From the NCBI GenBank assembly GCA_051251855.1, contig JBPOGI010000005.1, positions 64,001-128,000 on the forward strand: a stretch of DNA of 64,000 nt, given 5' to 3'. This stretch comes from Roseibacillus sp. GTDB lineage: Bacteria > Verrucomicrobiota > Verrucomicrobiia > Verrucomicrobiales > Akkermansiaceae. Under the pieces are notes generated by a model. That model was not told the origin of the DNA, did not search any database, and saw only the letters and a list, made by a program, of their open reading frames with translations. This document shows, one piece after another, positions 1-10,602 of the stretch. Made by a program: the position numbers and the translations under genes. How positions within the stretch are numbered: the stretch's first letter is position 1; the number at the start of each line of letters is the position of its first letter.

Positions 1-57
1 CTCGCCCAAAAGATGAAGGATATTTTGGCTCAAGTTGAGGGCCAAGAGAAGAAGTGA
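1..57 (+). CDS. 3' end of a CDS entering the window (...LAQKMKDILAQVEGQEKK*)
   Basis: Open frame from position 1 to TGA at 55-57; too short to identify. Confidence 0.45.
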   Translation, partial: LAQKMKDILAQVEGQEKK

Positions 58-208
58 GAAGGAAGAGGCAAGCAATAGTGCTGTTGTCGCCGTTGGGTCG
101 ATGTGATGGTTGAGGGGTGAGATGGCGAACTCACCGGAGGTGGAGGACTTAAGTCGACCCTCCTATCTTGAAGAAGCGTGGCCTTCCCTGTTAGAGACGC
201 TTTTTAAG

Positions 209-361
209 TTAGAGAAGCGGGCGGTCGAGGCCTTGAGTGCGAATGGTTTCGTTGAGCATCTCTCGCTCCATTTCGCTCATTGGTGAAGTCGCTTCGTCTT
301 TTTGGGATGAGCAGGCTGCGAGGGTGAGGATAATCGGTAGTAGAAGTAGAAGAGATTTCAT
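209..361 (-). CDS. Small 50-aa lipoprotein (not in ORF track)
   Basis: MKSLLLLLPIILTLAACSSQKDEATSPMSEMEREMLNETIRTQGLDRPLL*; basic N-terminus, hydrophobic core, LAAC lipobox. Confidence 0.7.
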   Translation of the reverse strand: MKSLLLLLPIILTLAACSSQKDEATSPMSEMEREMLNETIRTQGLDRPLL

Positions 362-398
362 GAGAGCAGTCGGAAGACTAAGGTATTAGGAACTATTT

Positions 399-1157
399 TC
401 ACAAAGGAAAATCCTTGTCTGAGAGAGAGAGTTTGGCAGAGAGGCCGAAGTGATCGGAAGGATAGTCGGTTTGCCCTTTTTCGTTGTGAACTTTGGTTTG
501 CTCGGCGGACCAGTGGTTTGAGATGAGGATGTGGTCGAGGGTGCGCAGGGGAAGTCCTCGAAAGTGAAAGGTGGCTTCTTTGTCGGTGTGGGTAGGACGG
601 AGACCGATGTCTTGGAGGCGTTGTATGGCGGGCCAGTGGGCTGGGCAATTAAAGTCACCGGTAACGATTTGGGGATGTGTGATTGTTTGGAAGGTCTTTG
701 CGAGAAGGTCAGCCGCCTTGATCTGGGCGTAGGGATGGAGTTGGAGGTGGAGATTGTGAACGTCAAAGAGGGTGCTAGTGTCGTGATCTTGGAGTTGGAC
801 TGAGCTACAGATACGTGGAAAGGCTTCGCCCCATCCTTTGCTGGGAACCTCTGGGGTGGGGCTGATCCAGAAAGTGTTTTTGCCCAAAAGTTGAAAGCGT
901 TCTTTTCGGAAAAAGAGGACGCAGTGTTCACCCTTGGATTGGCCGTCTTCTCTTCCGACCCCGTAGGATTGGTGGTGGGGGAAGAGTTCTTGAAAGAAGA
1001 GAAGTTGATTGGGAAGGACCTCTTGAAGACAGATGAGGTCGAAGTTGGTTGAGTGGAGAAGTTCGTGAAAGGCGGCGCTTCTTTTAGTCCAATGGTTGGT
1101 GAGAAGTCCGGTGTTTTCGCGAAGGATATTCCAAGTCAGAACAGACAGAGAACGCAT
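399..1157 (-). CDS. Endonuclease/exonuclease/phosphatase (EEP) family protein
   Basis: TWNI, DLICLQEV, TGDFN, LDHI and PSDH motifs. Confidence 0.9.
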   Translation of the reverse strand: MRSLSVLTWNILRENTGLLTNHWTKRSAAFHELLHSTNFDLICLQEVLPNQLLFFQELFPHHQSYGVGREDGQSKGEHCVLFFRKERFQLLGKNTFWISPTPEVPSKGWGEAFPRICSSVQLQDHDTSTLFDVHNLHLQLHPYAQIKAADLLAKTFQTITHPQIVTGDFNCPAHWPAIQRLQDIGLRPTHTDKEATFHFRGLPLRTLDHILISNHWSAEQTKVHNEKGQTDYPSDHFGLSAKLSLSDKDFPL

Positions 1158-1160
1158 GCG

Positions 1161-1871
1161 CTACTCCTCCTCGAATTTGGGAAGGCGCCAAGGGGGAGTT
1201 TCTTGATAGCAATTGATAGAGGTGCGTCCGTTGCGAGTGTTTTTGTAGGCGATGGCGAGATTCCGTAGATTGGGCAGGGCGCGCCAAGTCGTTGAGGAAA
1301 CGGCGCGCCATTTGCGCTCGCCTTCGATGGGAACGTAGATGCGGGCGGTGGCCTGATTGAGGTCGTTGACCTTGGTTGCGATAGGGAACTTCTGAATTTT
1401 TCCGGGAGCGACAGTCTTGTCGTGTTCGCCCAGGGTGATGCGCGTGTTCTCGGGAGAGAGGTTGACGATCATGGTGGAGCCCATGGGAAAGTTTTGTTCA
1501 GACTCGTCTATGACCAAGACGCGATAGGGCATCTCTTTATTGCCAGACGGAATGAAGATGGCGGCTAGGCGATTGCCGCTGGGGAGCTTGCCTACGCCGA
1601 TGGTGCGGTAGGATGTCTCGCCAGTGGGGCTATCGCTTGGGATGGCAAAGGTGAGTTTGTCGCCGACGACTTGAGCGGGGATTTCGTCGGAGTAGATGGA
1701 GAGGTAGAGGGGAACGGCCAGAGGCACGGGGCTCTCTGGGTTTCCGGTCATCAACATCACTTCTTTGTCGGAGCCGACTCGCTTGAAGCAGAGGGTGCGC
1801 AGTGAGATTTTACGAGGATCTTGAGCGCCAACGATAGTGGCGAGGAGAAGCAGGAGGCAGAGAATACGCAT
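1161..1871 (-). CDS. Secreted hypothetical protein, probable partner of the upstream pilin-like protein
   Basis: Signal peptide MRILCLLLLLATIVGA; co-oriented 51 bp downstream of 1923..5459. Confidence 0.75.
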   Translation of the reverse strand: MRILCLLLLLATIVGAQDPRKISLRTLCFKRVGSDKEVMLMTGNPESPVPLAVPLYLSIYSDEIPAQVVGDKLTFAIPSDSPTGETSYRTIGVGKLPSGNRLAAIFIPSGNKEMPYRVLVIDESEQNFPMGSTMIVNLSPENTRITLGEHDKTVAPGKIQKFPIATKVNDLNQATARIYVPIEGERKWRAVSSTTWRALPNLRNLAIAYKNTRNGRTSINCYQETPPWRLPKFEEE

Positions 1872-1922
1872 AGAGAAAAGGTGTGTGAGAGAGGTCGCCG
1901 GGTCAAACGTCCTCTTGAGAAC

Positions 1923-4900
1923 TTAGAGCCAACGGAAGGATCGGACGACAAAGCGGCGACCAAAGCGCTCGTTGACTTCGTTTTCGATCGCGTATTCACC
2001 ATCTTCTAAAGTGCCATCGGTGGGAGTCGGTTTGGCTGCTAGGTTCTTCTCGGGGGCAAGGTAGTCGGGGAGCCGTTGTACGACGGCTTCGCAGGAGGCA
2101 GTGGCGAGAATACGGCCGGACTTGTCCTTAAAATCTCCATAGGCTCGAACGACGAAGGTGTCGCCCCGCACGGTGAGGGAGTTGCCGATGACGCCGAGGA
2201 GGTCGGCTTGGCTGAGGTAGGCTGCGGCGGCTGCTTCGGTATCGCCTTCGGCAGCCTCGGGGAAGGCGTATTCGATATCGGTAGCTTCTGCCTTGGTGAT
2301 TTCGCGATCGGGTTGGATCTGATCGTTTACCCCCGCATCGATGATGGCTTGTTCGAGAGCTCCACGCAGAGCGAGGGGATCGGTGCTGGTGGTGAGCTGA
2401 CGGTTGAGGAATTCGGACATCGAGGTGAAGGGGCCGCGCTGGCGAACGTTTTGGACAATGCTCTCAGCGAGGGTCTGTGCCTGTGCTTGGTCCAGTTCGC
2501 GGAAGCCGGTCCAGCGGACTTGGTTTTCGATGAAGCCGGCATCGACGTCGATGAATCCCGAGGGGGAATCGAGCGAGCGGGGAAAGGCGGTCGCGGTGGA
2601 GTTGACGGTCGAAGCTTCTAAATCGAGAGGATTGAAAAGAGGGATTTCTGCTCCGGTATGGGAGAGGAGGAGGGCTTTCCATGCTTCGACAGAAGTGGAG
2701 TTGACGTTAAAGGGCCCTCGGAGCATTTGGAAGGCGGCTGTGGTGTTCCAGCCTTCGCTACTTTGGTAAAGAGTCTCGGCTGACGTGTTGGATTGGCCTT
2801 TAGGGAGGTAGCTCTCAGAGCGGGAATTGTAGGGGACGGGGTCGCCATCGAGGAAGAGGGCGAGTTCACTGCTATCGCGTAAGCCTGAGAGGTAGAAGTG
2901 ATCGAAGAGGGAATTGTTCGCCATCCACGAGTGGTCGAGGGTCTGATACTCGAAGGCATTGGAGCTGCCTCCCAGGGCGTCACCAAGGGCGCGGTCAGAA
3001 GGCAGGAGAGGGTGAGCATGGGAGCTTCCAACGGTGAGACCGGGCATGGGGAGGTGGCCAGAGGAGGCGAGGTTGGCATTACGGAATTGCACGAGGTTGG
3101 TCACGGGGGTGCGAGGGACCTCAATGCTCGTGTAGTTGGTGAAGCCTTTGTCGAAGGACCAACCGGAGAAGTAGGGGGTGCGCGGGTCACTATCGCTCAC
3201 AACTTCGATAGAGCCCACGTTGCCCGTGGATCCGCTACCGGCGAGAACGGGCAGGAAGGAGAGCTCCATCGGCATCTGGGCGGGGTGAGCTTCGGTAATG
3301 TCCATATCGAGAACGTTGTGAACGAAGGAGGTGTCCTGACCTGGTTTGGTGGGGAAGAGGGAGTCGTGAGAAGTACGAGTCGATAGCGAGAATACGGCAA
3401 ACTGCTTGGGGCCAGTCCACTGCTCGACTGGGGTAGAGGTTACGGCTGGTTGGTAGAGTTCGCGGAAGGAGAAGGCCTTCTCTCTCTCGTAAGGGTAACT
3501 GATTTGGCCAAGTTCGGGATGCTCTCCGAGCTCGAAGGCTTCTTGAAGACGAGCTTCGGCTTGAGCGGTTGAGTCACCTGCTTCGGCGTAGGTATATCGG
3601 TAGGCCCCGATTTGTTGGGGACGGTTGCTTCCGTTCACGGAGGCTGAAATGCTGACTGAAAAATTGGTCATGGCACTACCGCGACTGTTGGTGGGAACAG
3701 AGGGGGTAATCGCCACATTGATGTTATCGTTTCCGCGGGTGCCGAATACGTTGGTGTATGCGTCGGCGGTCCGACTAGCACTGTTGGGAATGAGCCAATC
3801 GACAAGGAAACCTGAGTTTCCGTCGTTATAACCGGGGGCGGTTGTCATATCGAGGGTCTTGCTAGTACCTGCTTGATCAGCGCGCCAAAGATAGTTGGTC
3901 ATGTTAGACCAACGAGTGCCCGGAGGATGATTGACGCCGAAGACGCGTGATTCACCGGGACCGAGCTCGACCGGCATTTGGGAGCGTTGGCTTTCATCTC
4001 CGGTGAGGGTGGCTTGGAATTCATCATCGAAGGAGCGATCTCCGTCGTAGTAGGAGTGGAGTTGGGAGAGGAGGCCAAACTCCGAGGTCTGGGCGACACC
4101 GTTTCGGTAGAATTTGAATCCTAAGGGGAGGTGCTTAAAGGAGACCGTCATGTTCTCGACCTTGATGGGAGAATTGTAGGGATTGTAGAGGGTGACGACG
4201 GGGGTGTAGATGAGGTAGACCATCTGGTTGCGCTGGCGGTCGCCGCTCTTGTTTGGGATGGTGGTCGCCCAGTGACCGTGGGCCTCGCGTCCAATGAGAG
4301 AGAAGACTAGATTGATGCGAGAGACGATGGGGGAAACTACCACGCCATCGACGGGAACCGGCACAGGGATGCTATCGCGGGTGCGTCGATCGACCTCAAA
4401 GGGCTCGTAGTCTTCAGGGATAGAGACCTCCATCTCGGTCTTCGGGTCGGAGTAATCTTGATAAAGTTGGTAGTAGCCGCGCAGGGTAGAGAGGTAGGGT
4501 TCGCCTGGTGCTAGGGCGGTCTTCGACTGGGAATAGAGAAAGAGGTCTGCCGTGGGGTCGGAGTTGCTTTCGAAAGCGGTGGTGAGGTCTCGCTTCAGTC
4601 CACCATCGACGGTATTGGAGAGAACACCGAGAGACCAAGGGGTGATATCGTGGAAGTGGGACAGGAAATCCTTGGGGGAGCCTCCGAGTGAAAGGGCGCC
4701 AGTTTCGTAAGAAGCGATTTTTGCTGATTCGTCTTCGGTGAAGGCCTTTCCGACGCCTTCGATGTGCTCGACTCCGCTGCGCTCGGGATTGCGAATGCGG
4801 TCGCGTTGAATATTTTCTATGGAGACGTTTTCAATACCTGCGACAGTCGTCTTAGGAAGGTCGAAGCGCGCTTTGACGCTTTCGTCGATGGTTGCCCAAG

Positions 4901-5459
4901 CAATACCCCCAGTGCCGCCATTGGTAGAAAGAACGGTGGCGGTAACATCGCTGTTGTCGTTGTTGTCGGGGATTTCGAGCAAGGTCACGATTTGCTCGGC
5001 GGCGATGTCGGAGACTCGGGAGACTGAGGGCTGGTTGCCGTAAGAGTCCGAGTTGAGCCAGGTGACAAATTCGCCGTCGGGATCGTTGCTACTTTGGCTG
5101 CGAGTCTTGGAAGTTGTGAGATTCTGGCCCCCTTGGGGAAGGAGGGCAAGCGACTCCCAGACGCCGGTGATTGCTGAAGAAGAGTTGATGTTTTGAGCGA
5201 GGATATTGGCAGGAGCGGTGACTCGTTGGTCGGGACCTGCTGCTTTTTGGAGTTGTCCAATAGCGAGATTGAGAGCGAGGCGGGCATTGGCGCGGGCCTC
5301 TAATTGAGCTCTTGCGGTTCCACTTGAACGCAGGACTGTGGAGGAGAGAGAAAGGAGTCCGACCGCGATGAGGGAGAGGAGAATCATCATGGTGACCGTT
5401 ACGATCAGGGAAAATCCCGCCTTGTTTGAATGTTGGGCGAGTGGAAGGCAGGGTTTCAT
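1923..5459 (-). CDS. Large PilX-N/Verru_Chthon cassette protein A-like pilin-associated protein
   Basis: Class III-like signal G|FSLIVTVTMMILLSLIAVGLLSL, ARANARLAL..AIGQLQ..AGPDQRVTA and C-terminal RGDTFVVRAYG...CEAVVQRLPDY...FGRRFVVRSFRWL; ATG at 5459 preferred to the TTG at 5528. Confidence 0.8.
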   Translation of the reverse strand: MKPCLPLAQHSNKAGFSLIVTVTMMILLSLIAVGLLSLSSTVLRSSGTARAQLEARANARLALNLAIGQLQKAAGPDQRVTAPANILAQNINSSSAITGVWESLALLPQGGQNLTTSKTRSQSSNDPDGEFVTWLNSDSYGNQPSVSRVSDIAAEQIVTLLEIPDNNDNSDVTATVLSTNGGTGGIAWATIDESVKARFDLPKTTVAGIENVSIENIQRDRIRNPERSGVEHIEGVGKAFTEDESAKIASYETGALSLGGSPKDFLSHFHDITPWSLGVLSNTVDGGLKRDLTTAFESNSDPTADLFLYSQSKTALAPGEPYLSTLRGYYQLYQDYSDPKTEMEVSIPEDYEPFEVDRRTRDSIPVPVPVDGVVVSPIVSRINLVFSLIGREAHGHWATTIPNKSGDRQRNQMVYLIYTPVVTLYNPYNSPIKVENMTVSFKHLPLGFKFYRNGVAQTSEFGLLSQLHSYYDGDRSFDDEFQATLTGDESQRSQMPVELGPGESRVFGVNHPPGTRWSNMTNYLWRADQAGTSKTLDMTTAPGYNDGNSGFLVDWLIPNSASRTADAYTNVFGTRGNDNINVAITPSVPTNSRGSAMTNFSVSISASVNGSNRPQQIGAYRYTYAEAGDSTAQAEARLQEAFELGEHPELGQISYPYEREKAFSFRELYQPAVTSTPVEQWTGPKQFAVFSLSTRTSHDSLFPTKPGQDTSFVHNVLDMDITEAHPAQMPMELSFLPVLAGSGSTGNVGSIEVVSDSDPRTPYFSGWSFDKGFTNYTSIEVPRTPVTNLVQFRNANLASSGHLPMPGLTVGSSHAHPLLPSDRALGDALGGSSNAFEYQTLDHSWMANNSLFDHFYLSGLRDSSELALFLDGDPVPYNSRSESYLPKGQSNTSAETLYQSSEGWNTTAAFQMLRGPFNVNSTSVEAWKALLLSHTGAEIPLFNPLDLEASTVNSTATAFPRSLDSPSGFIDVDAGFIENQVRWTGFRELDQAQAQTLAESIVQNVRQRGPFTSMSEFLNRQLTTSTDPLALRGALEQAIIDAGVNDQIQPDREITKAEATDIEYAFPEAAEGDTEAAAAAYLSQADLLGVIGNSLTVRGDTFVVRAYGDFKDKSGRILATASCEAVVQRLPDYLAPEKNLAAKPTPTDGTLEDGEYAIENEVNERFGRRFVVRSFRWL

Positions 5460-5877
5460 GGTTCTCAATGTAAAGACGGCTTTTAGTAGTAACTGCGTTA
5501 ACAACAGATTTTTTGCAAAGAAAATCAAATTAACTGACTCTGAATATACATTGTAAACTTTCCAATGCGAGTTTTAATTTGGTTGAAGTAAGGGCTGGGA
5601 GGTCGATTTCGCTGATGGTTGTTGGTCTAGCCCTGATCCAAAAAAGGAGGACGTTTTTTAAACACTTCGTATGAGAGAGTTCTCAACAGCAGTCGAAGAA
5701 CGGACCTCCCTTCACTCGTTAGGCTTGTTGTTAGTCATTTGAAATGGGCTCGATAGCAAAAGCTGAAACTGTGCTGCGGCTTCTATTTCGAAGCGAATCT
5801 CGCTTGCAAGTCTCTGCCGCGAAGCTCCGTAGACTTGTCTCGGGATATTACGCGTAATAGCCTGAATCAGCATTTCT

Positions 5878-6885
5878 ATGAGTGATAATGATAAAGCAGC
5901 GGTTGAGAAGTTGCATGAGACCTATCAGCAGATGAAGGCGGGGGTCGGACAAGTGATTGTGGGGCAGGAGGAGGTGGTGGAGCAGACGCTGATGGCGATT
6001 TTTTGTCGAGGCCATGCCTTGTTGGTGGGGGTGCCGGGTTTAGCGAAGACACTGCTGGTGTCGACTTTGGCGAAGACGTTGGATTTGGGATACAAGCGGA
6101 TTCAGTTTACGCCTGATTTGATGCCGGCCGATATTACGGGGACGGATGTGCTCGAAGTGGACCCGGAGAGTGGGCATCGGGGCTTTCGATTCGTGAATGG
6201 GCCTCTTTTTTCGAATCTGGTGTTGGCTGATGAGATTAACCGCACACCGCCGAAGACGCAGGCAGCGCTGTTAGAAGCGATGCAGGAGCATCATGTGACG
6301 GTAGGGGAAAAGACAATGGACTTGCCGAAGCCGTTCTTTGTCTTGGCGACGCAGAATCCGATTGAGCAGGAGGGAACTTATCCGCTACCGGAAGCGCAGT
6401 TGGACCGCTTTCTTTTTAATATTGTGGTGGGTTATCCATCGGCGGAGGAGGAGCGGGAGATTATTCGGCGGGTCACGAATCCGGGCGCGGCGGAGGTGGA
6501 GGCGTTGATGACGGGGGAGGATATTCTACGGATTCAAGAAGTGGTGCGGCGGGTGCCGGTGGGAGATCATGTGATCGACTTTGCGGCGCAGCTGGCACGA
6601 GGGACACGGCCCGATAGCGAGGAGGCTCCCGACTTTGTGAAGGAGATGGTGAGTTGGGGTGCGGGACCGAGGGCGGGGATTAGTTTAATTTCGGCGGCGA
6701 AGGCGCATGCGGTTTTGAAGGGGCGTTTCCATGCCACGACGAGCGATGTGGCGGCGATAGCGAAGCCGGTGTTACGGCATCGGGTGCTCACAACGTTCAA
6801 TGCGGAAGCGGCGGGTGTGAGTAGTGATGAGATTATTGTGCGTTTGGTGCAGAAGTTGGCACCGAAGGAGGAGATTGCGCTCTAA
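5878..6885 (+). CDS. moxR: MoxR family AAA+ ATPase
   Basis: Walker A GVPGLAKT, RIQFTPDLMPADITG, DEINRTPPKTQAALLEAMQE, LPEAQLDRF. Confidence 0.95.
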   Translation: MSDNDKAAVEKLHETYQQMKAGVGQVIVGQEEVVEQTLMAIFCRGHALLVGVPGLAKTLLVSTLAKTLDLGYKRIQFTPDLMPADITGTDVLEVDPESGHRGFRFVNGPLFSNLVLADEINRTPPKTQAALLEAMQEHHVTVGEKTMDLPKPFFVLATQNPIEQEGTYPLPEAQLDRFLFNIVVGYPSAEEEREIIRRVTNPGAAEVEALMTGEDILRIQEVVRRVPVGDHVIDFAAQLARGTRPDSEEAPDFVKEMVSWGAGPRAGISLISAAKAHAVLKGRFHATTSDVAAIAKPVLRHRVLTTFNAEAAGVSSDEIIVRLVQKLAPKEEIAL

Positions 6886-6891
6886 TCTGCG

Positions 6892-7803
6892 ATGAGCGAT
6901 TCTTTGAAATTGCCGGACTGTCTTTCGCTGTTGCCCGAGGAGACGATGGCGGCGTTGCGCCGGTTGGAGTGGCATGCGCGCAAGCGTAAGCAGGGGACGT
7001 TGACGGGGCGGCATGTTTCGCCGGATAAGGGGGCGTCGGTGGAGTTTGCGGAGCACCGCGAGTATGCGCCGGGGGATGATCCGCGTAACCTGGATTGGCG
7101 GGTGATGGCGAAGAGTGATCGGAACGTCATCCGGCAGTATGTGGAGGAGACCAATCTGCGCGCGCATCTGGCGGTGGATGTTTCGGGCTCGATGAATTAT
7201 CAGGGAGAAGAGGCGGCGCTTTCGAAATTGGATTATGCGAAGCAGTTGTCGGCGGCGTTGGCGTATTTGTTTGTAAAGCAAGGAGACGGGGCGGGGTTGG
7301 TGACTTTTGATTCGGAGGTGAGGTCGTTTTTACGGAGTGGAAGTCGGCCGAGTCAGGTGCGGCAGATTTTGGAGGAGCTTTATGGGACGGAGGCGGGTGG
7401 CGACACCAACCTGGGGACTGTCTTGCATGAGGTGGCGGAGCGAATTCCGAGGCGTGGGTTGGTGATCTTGGTGAGCGACCTCTTTGACGATCCGGACAAG
7501 GTGGTGGAGGCGCTGCATCACTTTGATTATCGTCAGCATGAGTTGGTGGTCTTTCATTTGATGGCGGAGGAGGAGCTGTCTTTTCCGTTTAAGAAGTTTC
7601 AGCGCTTTAAGGATCTGGAGGGAGTGGAGGAGATGTTGCGGATTGATCCGCAGGCAGTGCGGGCGGCGTACCTGGAGCGCTTGCGGGAGTTTGTGAAACG
7701 CATCGAGGGGACGTGTGGCAAGATGCGGGCAGATTATGTGGCTGTGAATACGAGCACGCCGCTGAGTGAGACTTTGTTAGGATATTTTGGAGGGAGAAAG
7801 TAG
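6892..7803 (+). CDS. DUF58 (VWA-like) protein
   Basis: G.SVEFAEHREY.PGDD.R.LDWR, DVSGSM and LVSDL motifs; follows moxR. Confidence 0.92.
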   Translation: MSDSLKLPDCLSLLPEETMAALRRLEWHARKRKQGTLTGRHVSPDKGASVEFAEHREYAPGDDPRNLDWRVMAKSDRNVIRQYVEETNLRAHLAVDVSGSMNYQGEEAALSKLDYAKQLSAALAYLFVKQGDGAGLVTFDSEVRSFLRSGSRPSQVRQILEELYGTEAGGDTNLGTVLHEVAERIPRRGLVILVSDLFDDPDKVVEALHHFDYRQHELVVFHLMAEEELSFPFKKFQRFKDLEGVEEMLRIDPQAVRAAYLERLREFVKRIEGTCGKMRADYVAVNTSTPLSETLLGYFGGRK

Positions 7804-7809
7804 CGGCAG

Positions 7810-10602
7810 ATGTTGTTCTTGAGTCCATGGTTGTTGTTAGGGTTGGTGGGGGTGGGGATTCCTATTATTATTCATCTCGTGCGACAGCAGGCGGCGAAGC
7901 CGATTGATTGGGGGGCGATGCGCTTCTTGTTCGATACCGTGGCGGTGCGGCAGCGTCGCATTGAATGGGAGGATTGGTTGTTAATGGCGACGCGCTGTTT
8001 GTTGCTCGCGCTGGCGGCGCTGGCGGTGGCGATGCCCTTCTTGCCGCCAGACTCGCAGGTGCCTTGGTTGTTTGTGTTGCCGATGCTGTTGGTGGGAGTG
8101 GCGCTTTTTGGGGGCTCCTTTGTGGTGGTGAAAGCGCGCTGGCGTTGGTTGTTAAGGTTGGTGGGTATTGCTTTGTTAGTGGGGGCGGTGTTCCTAGGGT
8201 GGATGGAGAATGTGTTCAATCTGAACCGTTTTCAAAGCAGTGAGCGCCGTGATGTGGCGCTGGTGATTGATGCTTCGACTTCGATGGCATTGAGGCAAGG
8301 AGGAGCGAGTTCTTTTGAACGGGCGGTGGAGGAAGCGCGAGAGGTGGTTCGTAAGGCGCCGAAGGGGACGTCCTTTACGGTGGTCTTAGGTGGGCCTGCT
8401 CCCGAGGCGGTGACGGCAGAACCGTTGACCCATCGGGCGGATGTCCTGGGGGTATTGGATGAGCTGCGTGAGGTGGGAGGGAGCTTCCGGGCTCATGAAG
8501 CGCTGGGGATGGCGACTTTGGCGCTGGCGGAGGGAAGGAGCGGGAGCAAGGAGATCATTGTTTGGACCGATGAGCAGCGCCACGGTTGGCGGTTAGAGAA
8601 TCCCAATGCGTGGGATGGACTGGCGGAGGCTTGGGAGACTTTGCCGGCGCCGCCGAAGTTGATTGTGCGCAATCTAGGGAAGCCGGAGATTTTTCGGAAT
8701 GTGGCGGTGGAGGGGTTGGCTTTTTCGAGAGAGGTGGTGGGGACGGATCGGGCGGTAGGGATTTCGTTGAGTGTGACAAACCGAGGTGCGGAGGCGATGA
8801 CGCCGGGACGAGTGACTTTGCGGGTGGAGGATAAAGTGGTGGGTGAGAGGCCGGTGGGATTGTTGCTGGCGGGTCAGACGGCGCAGATTGATTTTCAGTA
8901 TCGTTTTGAGGAAGCGGGTCCGGTGGCCGTTGAGGCAAGGTTGGAGAGTGATGATGACCTGTTAGAGGACAATCGTTTGGCGAAGGTGTTGGTGGTTCGT
9001 AAGGGGTTGCGGGTTTTGATTGTGGACGGCAATCCTTCGGCAGGATTCTTTGAGCGGGCGAGTGGATATTTGGCGTTGGCATTGGCGCCAGGCAAAGATC
9101 GCAATTTGATGGACCCGGAAGTGGTGCCCGTGACGCAGCTCAAGAATGAGGATTTTCAAGATCATGATGTGGTGGTGTTGGCGGATGTCTCGCGCTTGCC
9201 GGTGGATTTGGCGACGGGGTTGGGGCACTTGGTGAGTGGAGGAGCAGGGCTGATGGTGATTGCGGGCCCACGCACGGAGCAGGAATTTTTCAATGGTTGG
9301 CAGGGAGGGGAGGGCTTGGTGATGCCGGCTTTATTAGAGGGTGAGCGGGTGGATGCAGAAGGGGTGATGCCGGCGGCGGTGACATTTTCTCATGAGAGTT
9401 TACGCATTTTTCGGGAGGAGGGAGACCTTTCGCAGGCGGTGCTGAACCGGTGGTTTGGGGTGAGCGAGGAAAAGTCTGATGGGGTTGTTGGAGCGACTTT
9501 GGGAAATGGGGACCCTTGGTTGGTGTCGCATGGTTATGGGCAAGGACGAGTGCTCTTGGTGACGACGGCCTTGGATGCGCGATCGGGGAATTTGCCGGCG
9601 AAGGCGAGCTTTGTTCCGTTGGTGCATGAAATGGTGATGTGGTTGAGCGGAAGGGGGGCTCAGTTGAATATGGAGGCGTCGTGGAGCCCGCGGTATCGCT
9701 TGGGTCGGCCGCAGGCGGGCTTGCAGGGGGAATACATGAAGGGGAAGAAGAAGGAGCTGGTTTTTAGTCGGGTGGATGCCGTGATTGATTTTAATTGGAA
9801 GAATGAGCGACCAGGGCAGGCGATGCCGAGTGATCGGTTTTCGGTTCGTTGGCAGGGAAAATTGGTGGCTCCGGTGACGGGGGAGTATCGCTTTGCGGCA
9901 GAGGTGGACGATGAGGCGAGTGTGCGCATTGGGGAGGGATTTCGGGGGCGGGCGGAGATAGGACAGCGTTCGTTGGGGAGTTGCGAGTTGGTAGCGGGGC
10001 AGGCGGTTGATTTTGAATTGAACTTTGAGGAGGAGGGGGGTGATGCGTATGTGCGTTTCTATTGGACGCCACCTGGGGAGAAGGAGCAGTTGGTGCCGGC
10101 GTCGGCTTTTCGGTTGGGTGGGGGACGGAGCGAGAAGTTGTCGGTGAGTGATCCGAGGGGGTTGCCACGGACGGGGGTGGTGAAATTTGGGGCGGGTGGG
10201 CAGGAGTTGACGATTGAGGGGGCGTCCGTGCCGGGGCTTTATGAGGTGAATGTAGGGGCGTTGGGGGAGCAGTGGTTTCCGGGGTGGCAGGGCGAGACCT
10301 TGCCGGTGGCGGTGACGGCGGATGCGGAGGAGAGTGCCTTTGCGCCCTTTGTTGAGGAGGATTATGAGTTGATGCGGAAGCATACCGATGTGGTGCTGCC
10401 GATGTCGGTGGGGGATGCTTTGGCGGTGCTGGAAGGGAAGGGTTTTGGGCGTGGGATTTGGCGATGGGTGGCGGTGGCGGCCTTTGTGTTCTTTTTGTTA
10501 GAAAGTGCGCTGGCGCGCTGGGTGTCGAAATCGCGTCGGAGTGCGGAAAGTGTGCGGGTGGACTTTGGAGAGAGTCCGGCTTGGAAGGAGGGTGGGCGAT
10601 GA
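7810..10602 (+). CDS. BatA N-terminal/VWA membrane protein with a PA14-like domain
   Basis: N-terminal FLSPWLLLG..GIPIIIHL..WGAMRFL (BatA), MIDAS-like DASTSM, PA14-like IDFNW...FSVRWQGKL.AP.TGEYRF...DD. Confidence 0.85.
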   Translation: MLFLSPWLLLGLVGVGIPIIIHLVRQQAAKPIDWGAMRFLFDTVAVRQRRIEWEDWLLMATRCLLLALAALAVAMPFLPPDSQVPWLFVLPMLLVGVALFGGSFVVVKARWRWLLRLVGIALLVGAVFLGWMENVFNLNRFQSSERRDVALVIDASTSMALRQGGASSFERAVEEAREVVRKAPKGTSFTVVLGGPAPEAVTAEPLTHRADVLGVLDELREVGGSFRAHEALGMATLALAEGRSGSKEIIVWTDEQRHGWRLENPNAWDGLAEAWETLPAPPKLIVRNLGKPEIFRNVAVEGLAFSREVVGTDRAVGISLSVTNRGAEAMTPGRVTLRVEDKVVGERPVGLLLAGQTAQIDFQYRFEEAGPVAVEARLESDDDLLEDNRLAKVLVVRKGLRVLIVDGNPSAGFFERASGYLALALAPGKDRNLMDPEVVPVTQLKNEDFQDHDVVVLADVSRLPVDLATGLGHLVSGGAGLMVIAGPRTEQEFFNGWQGGEGLVMPALLEGERVDAEGVMPAAVTFSHESLRIFREEGDLSQAVLNRWFGVSEEKSDGVVGATLGNGDPWLVSHGYGQGRVLLVTTALDARSGNLPAKASFVPLVHEMVMWLSGRGAQLNMEASWSPRYRLGRPQAGLQGEYMKGKKKELVFSRVDAVIDFNWKNERPGQAMPSDRFSVRWQGKLVAPVTGEYRFAAEVDDEASVRIGEGFRGRAEIGQRSLGSCELVAGQAVDFELNFEEEGGDAYVRFYWTPPGEKEQLVPASAFRLGGGRSEKLSVSDPRGLPRTGVVKFGAGGQELTIEGASVPGLYEVNVGALGEQWFPGWQGETLPVAVTADAEESAFAPFVEEDYELMRKHTDVVLPMSVGDALAVLEGKGFGRGIWRWVAVAAFVFFLLESALARWVSKSRRSAESVRVDFGESPAWKEGGR

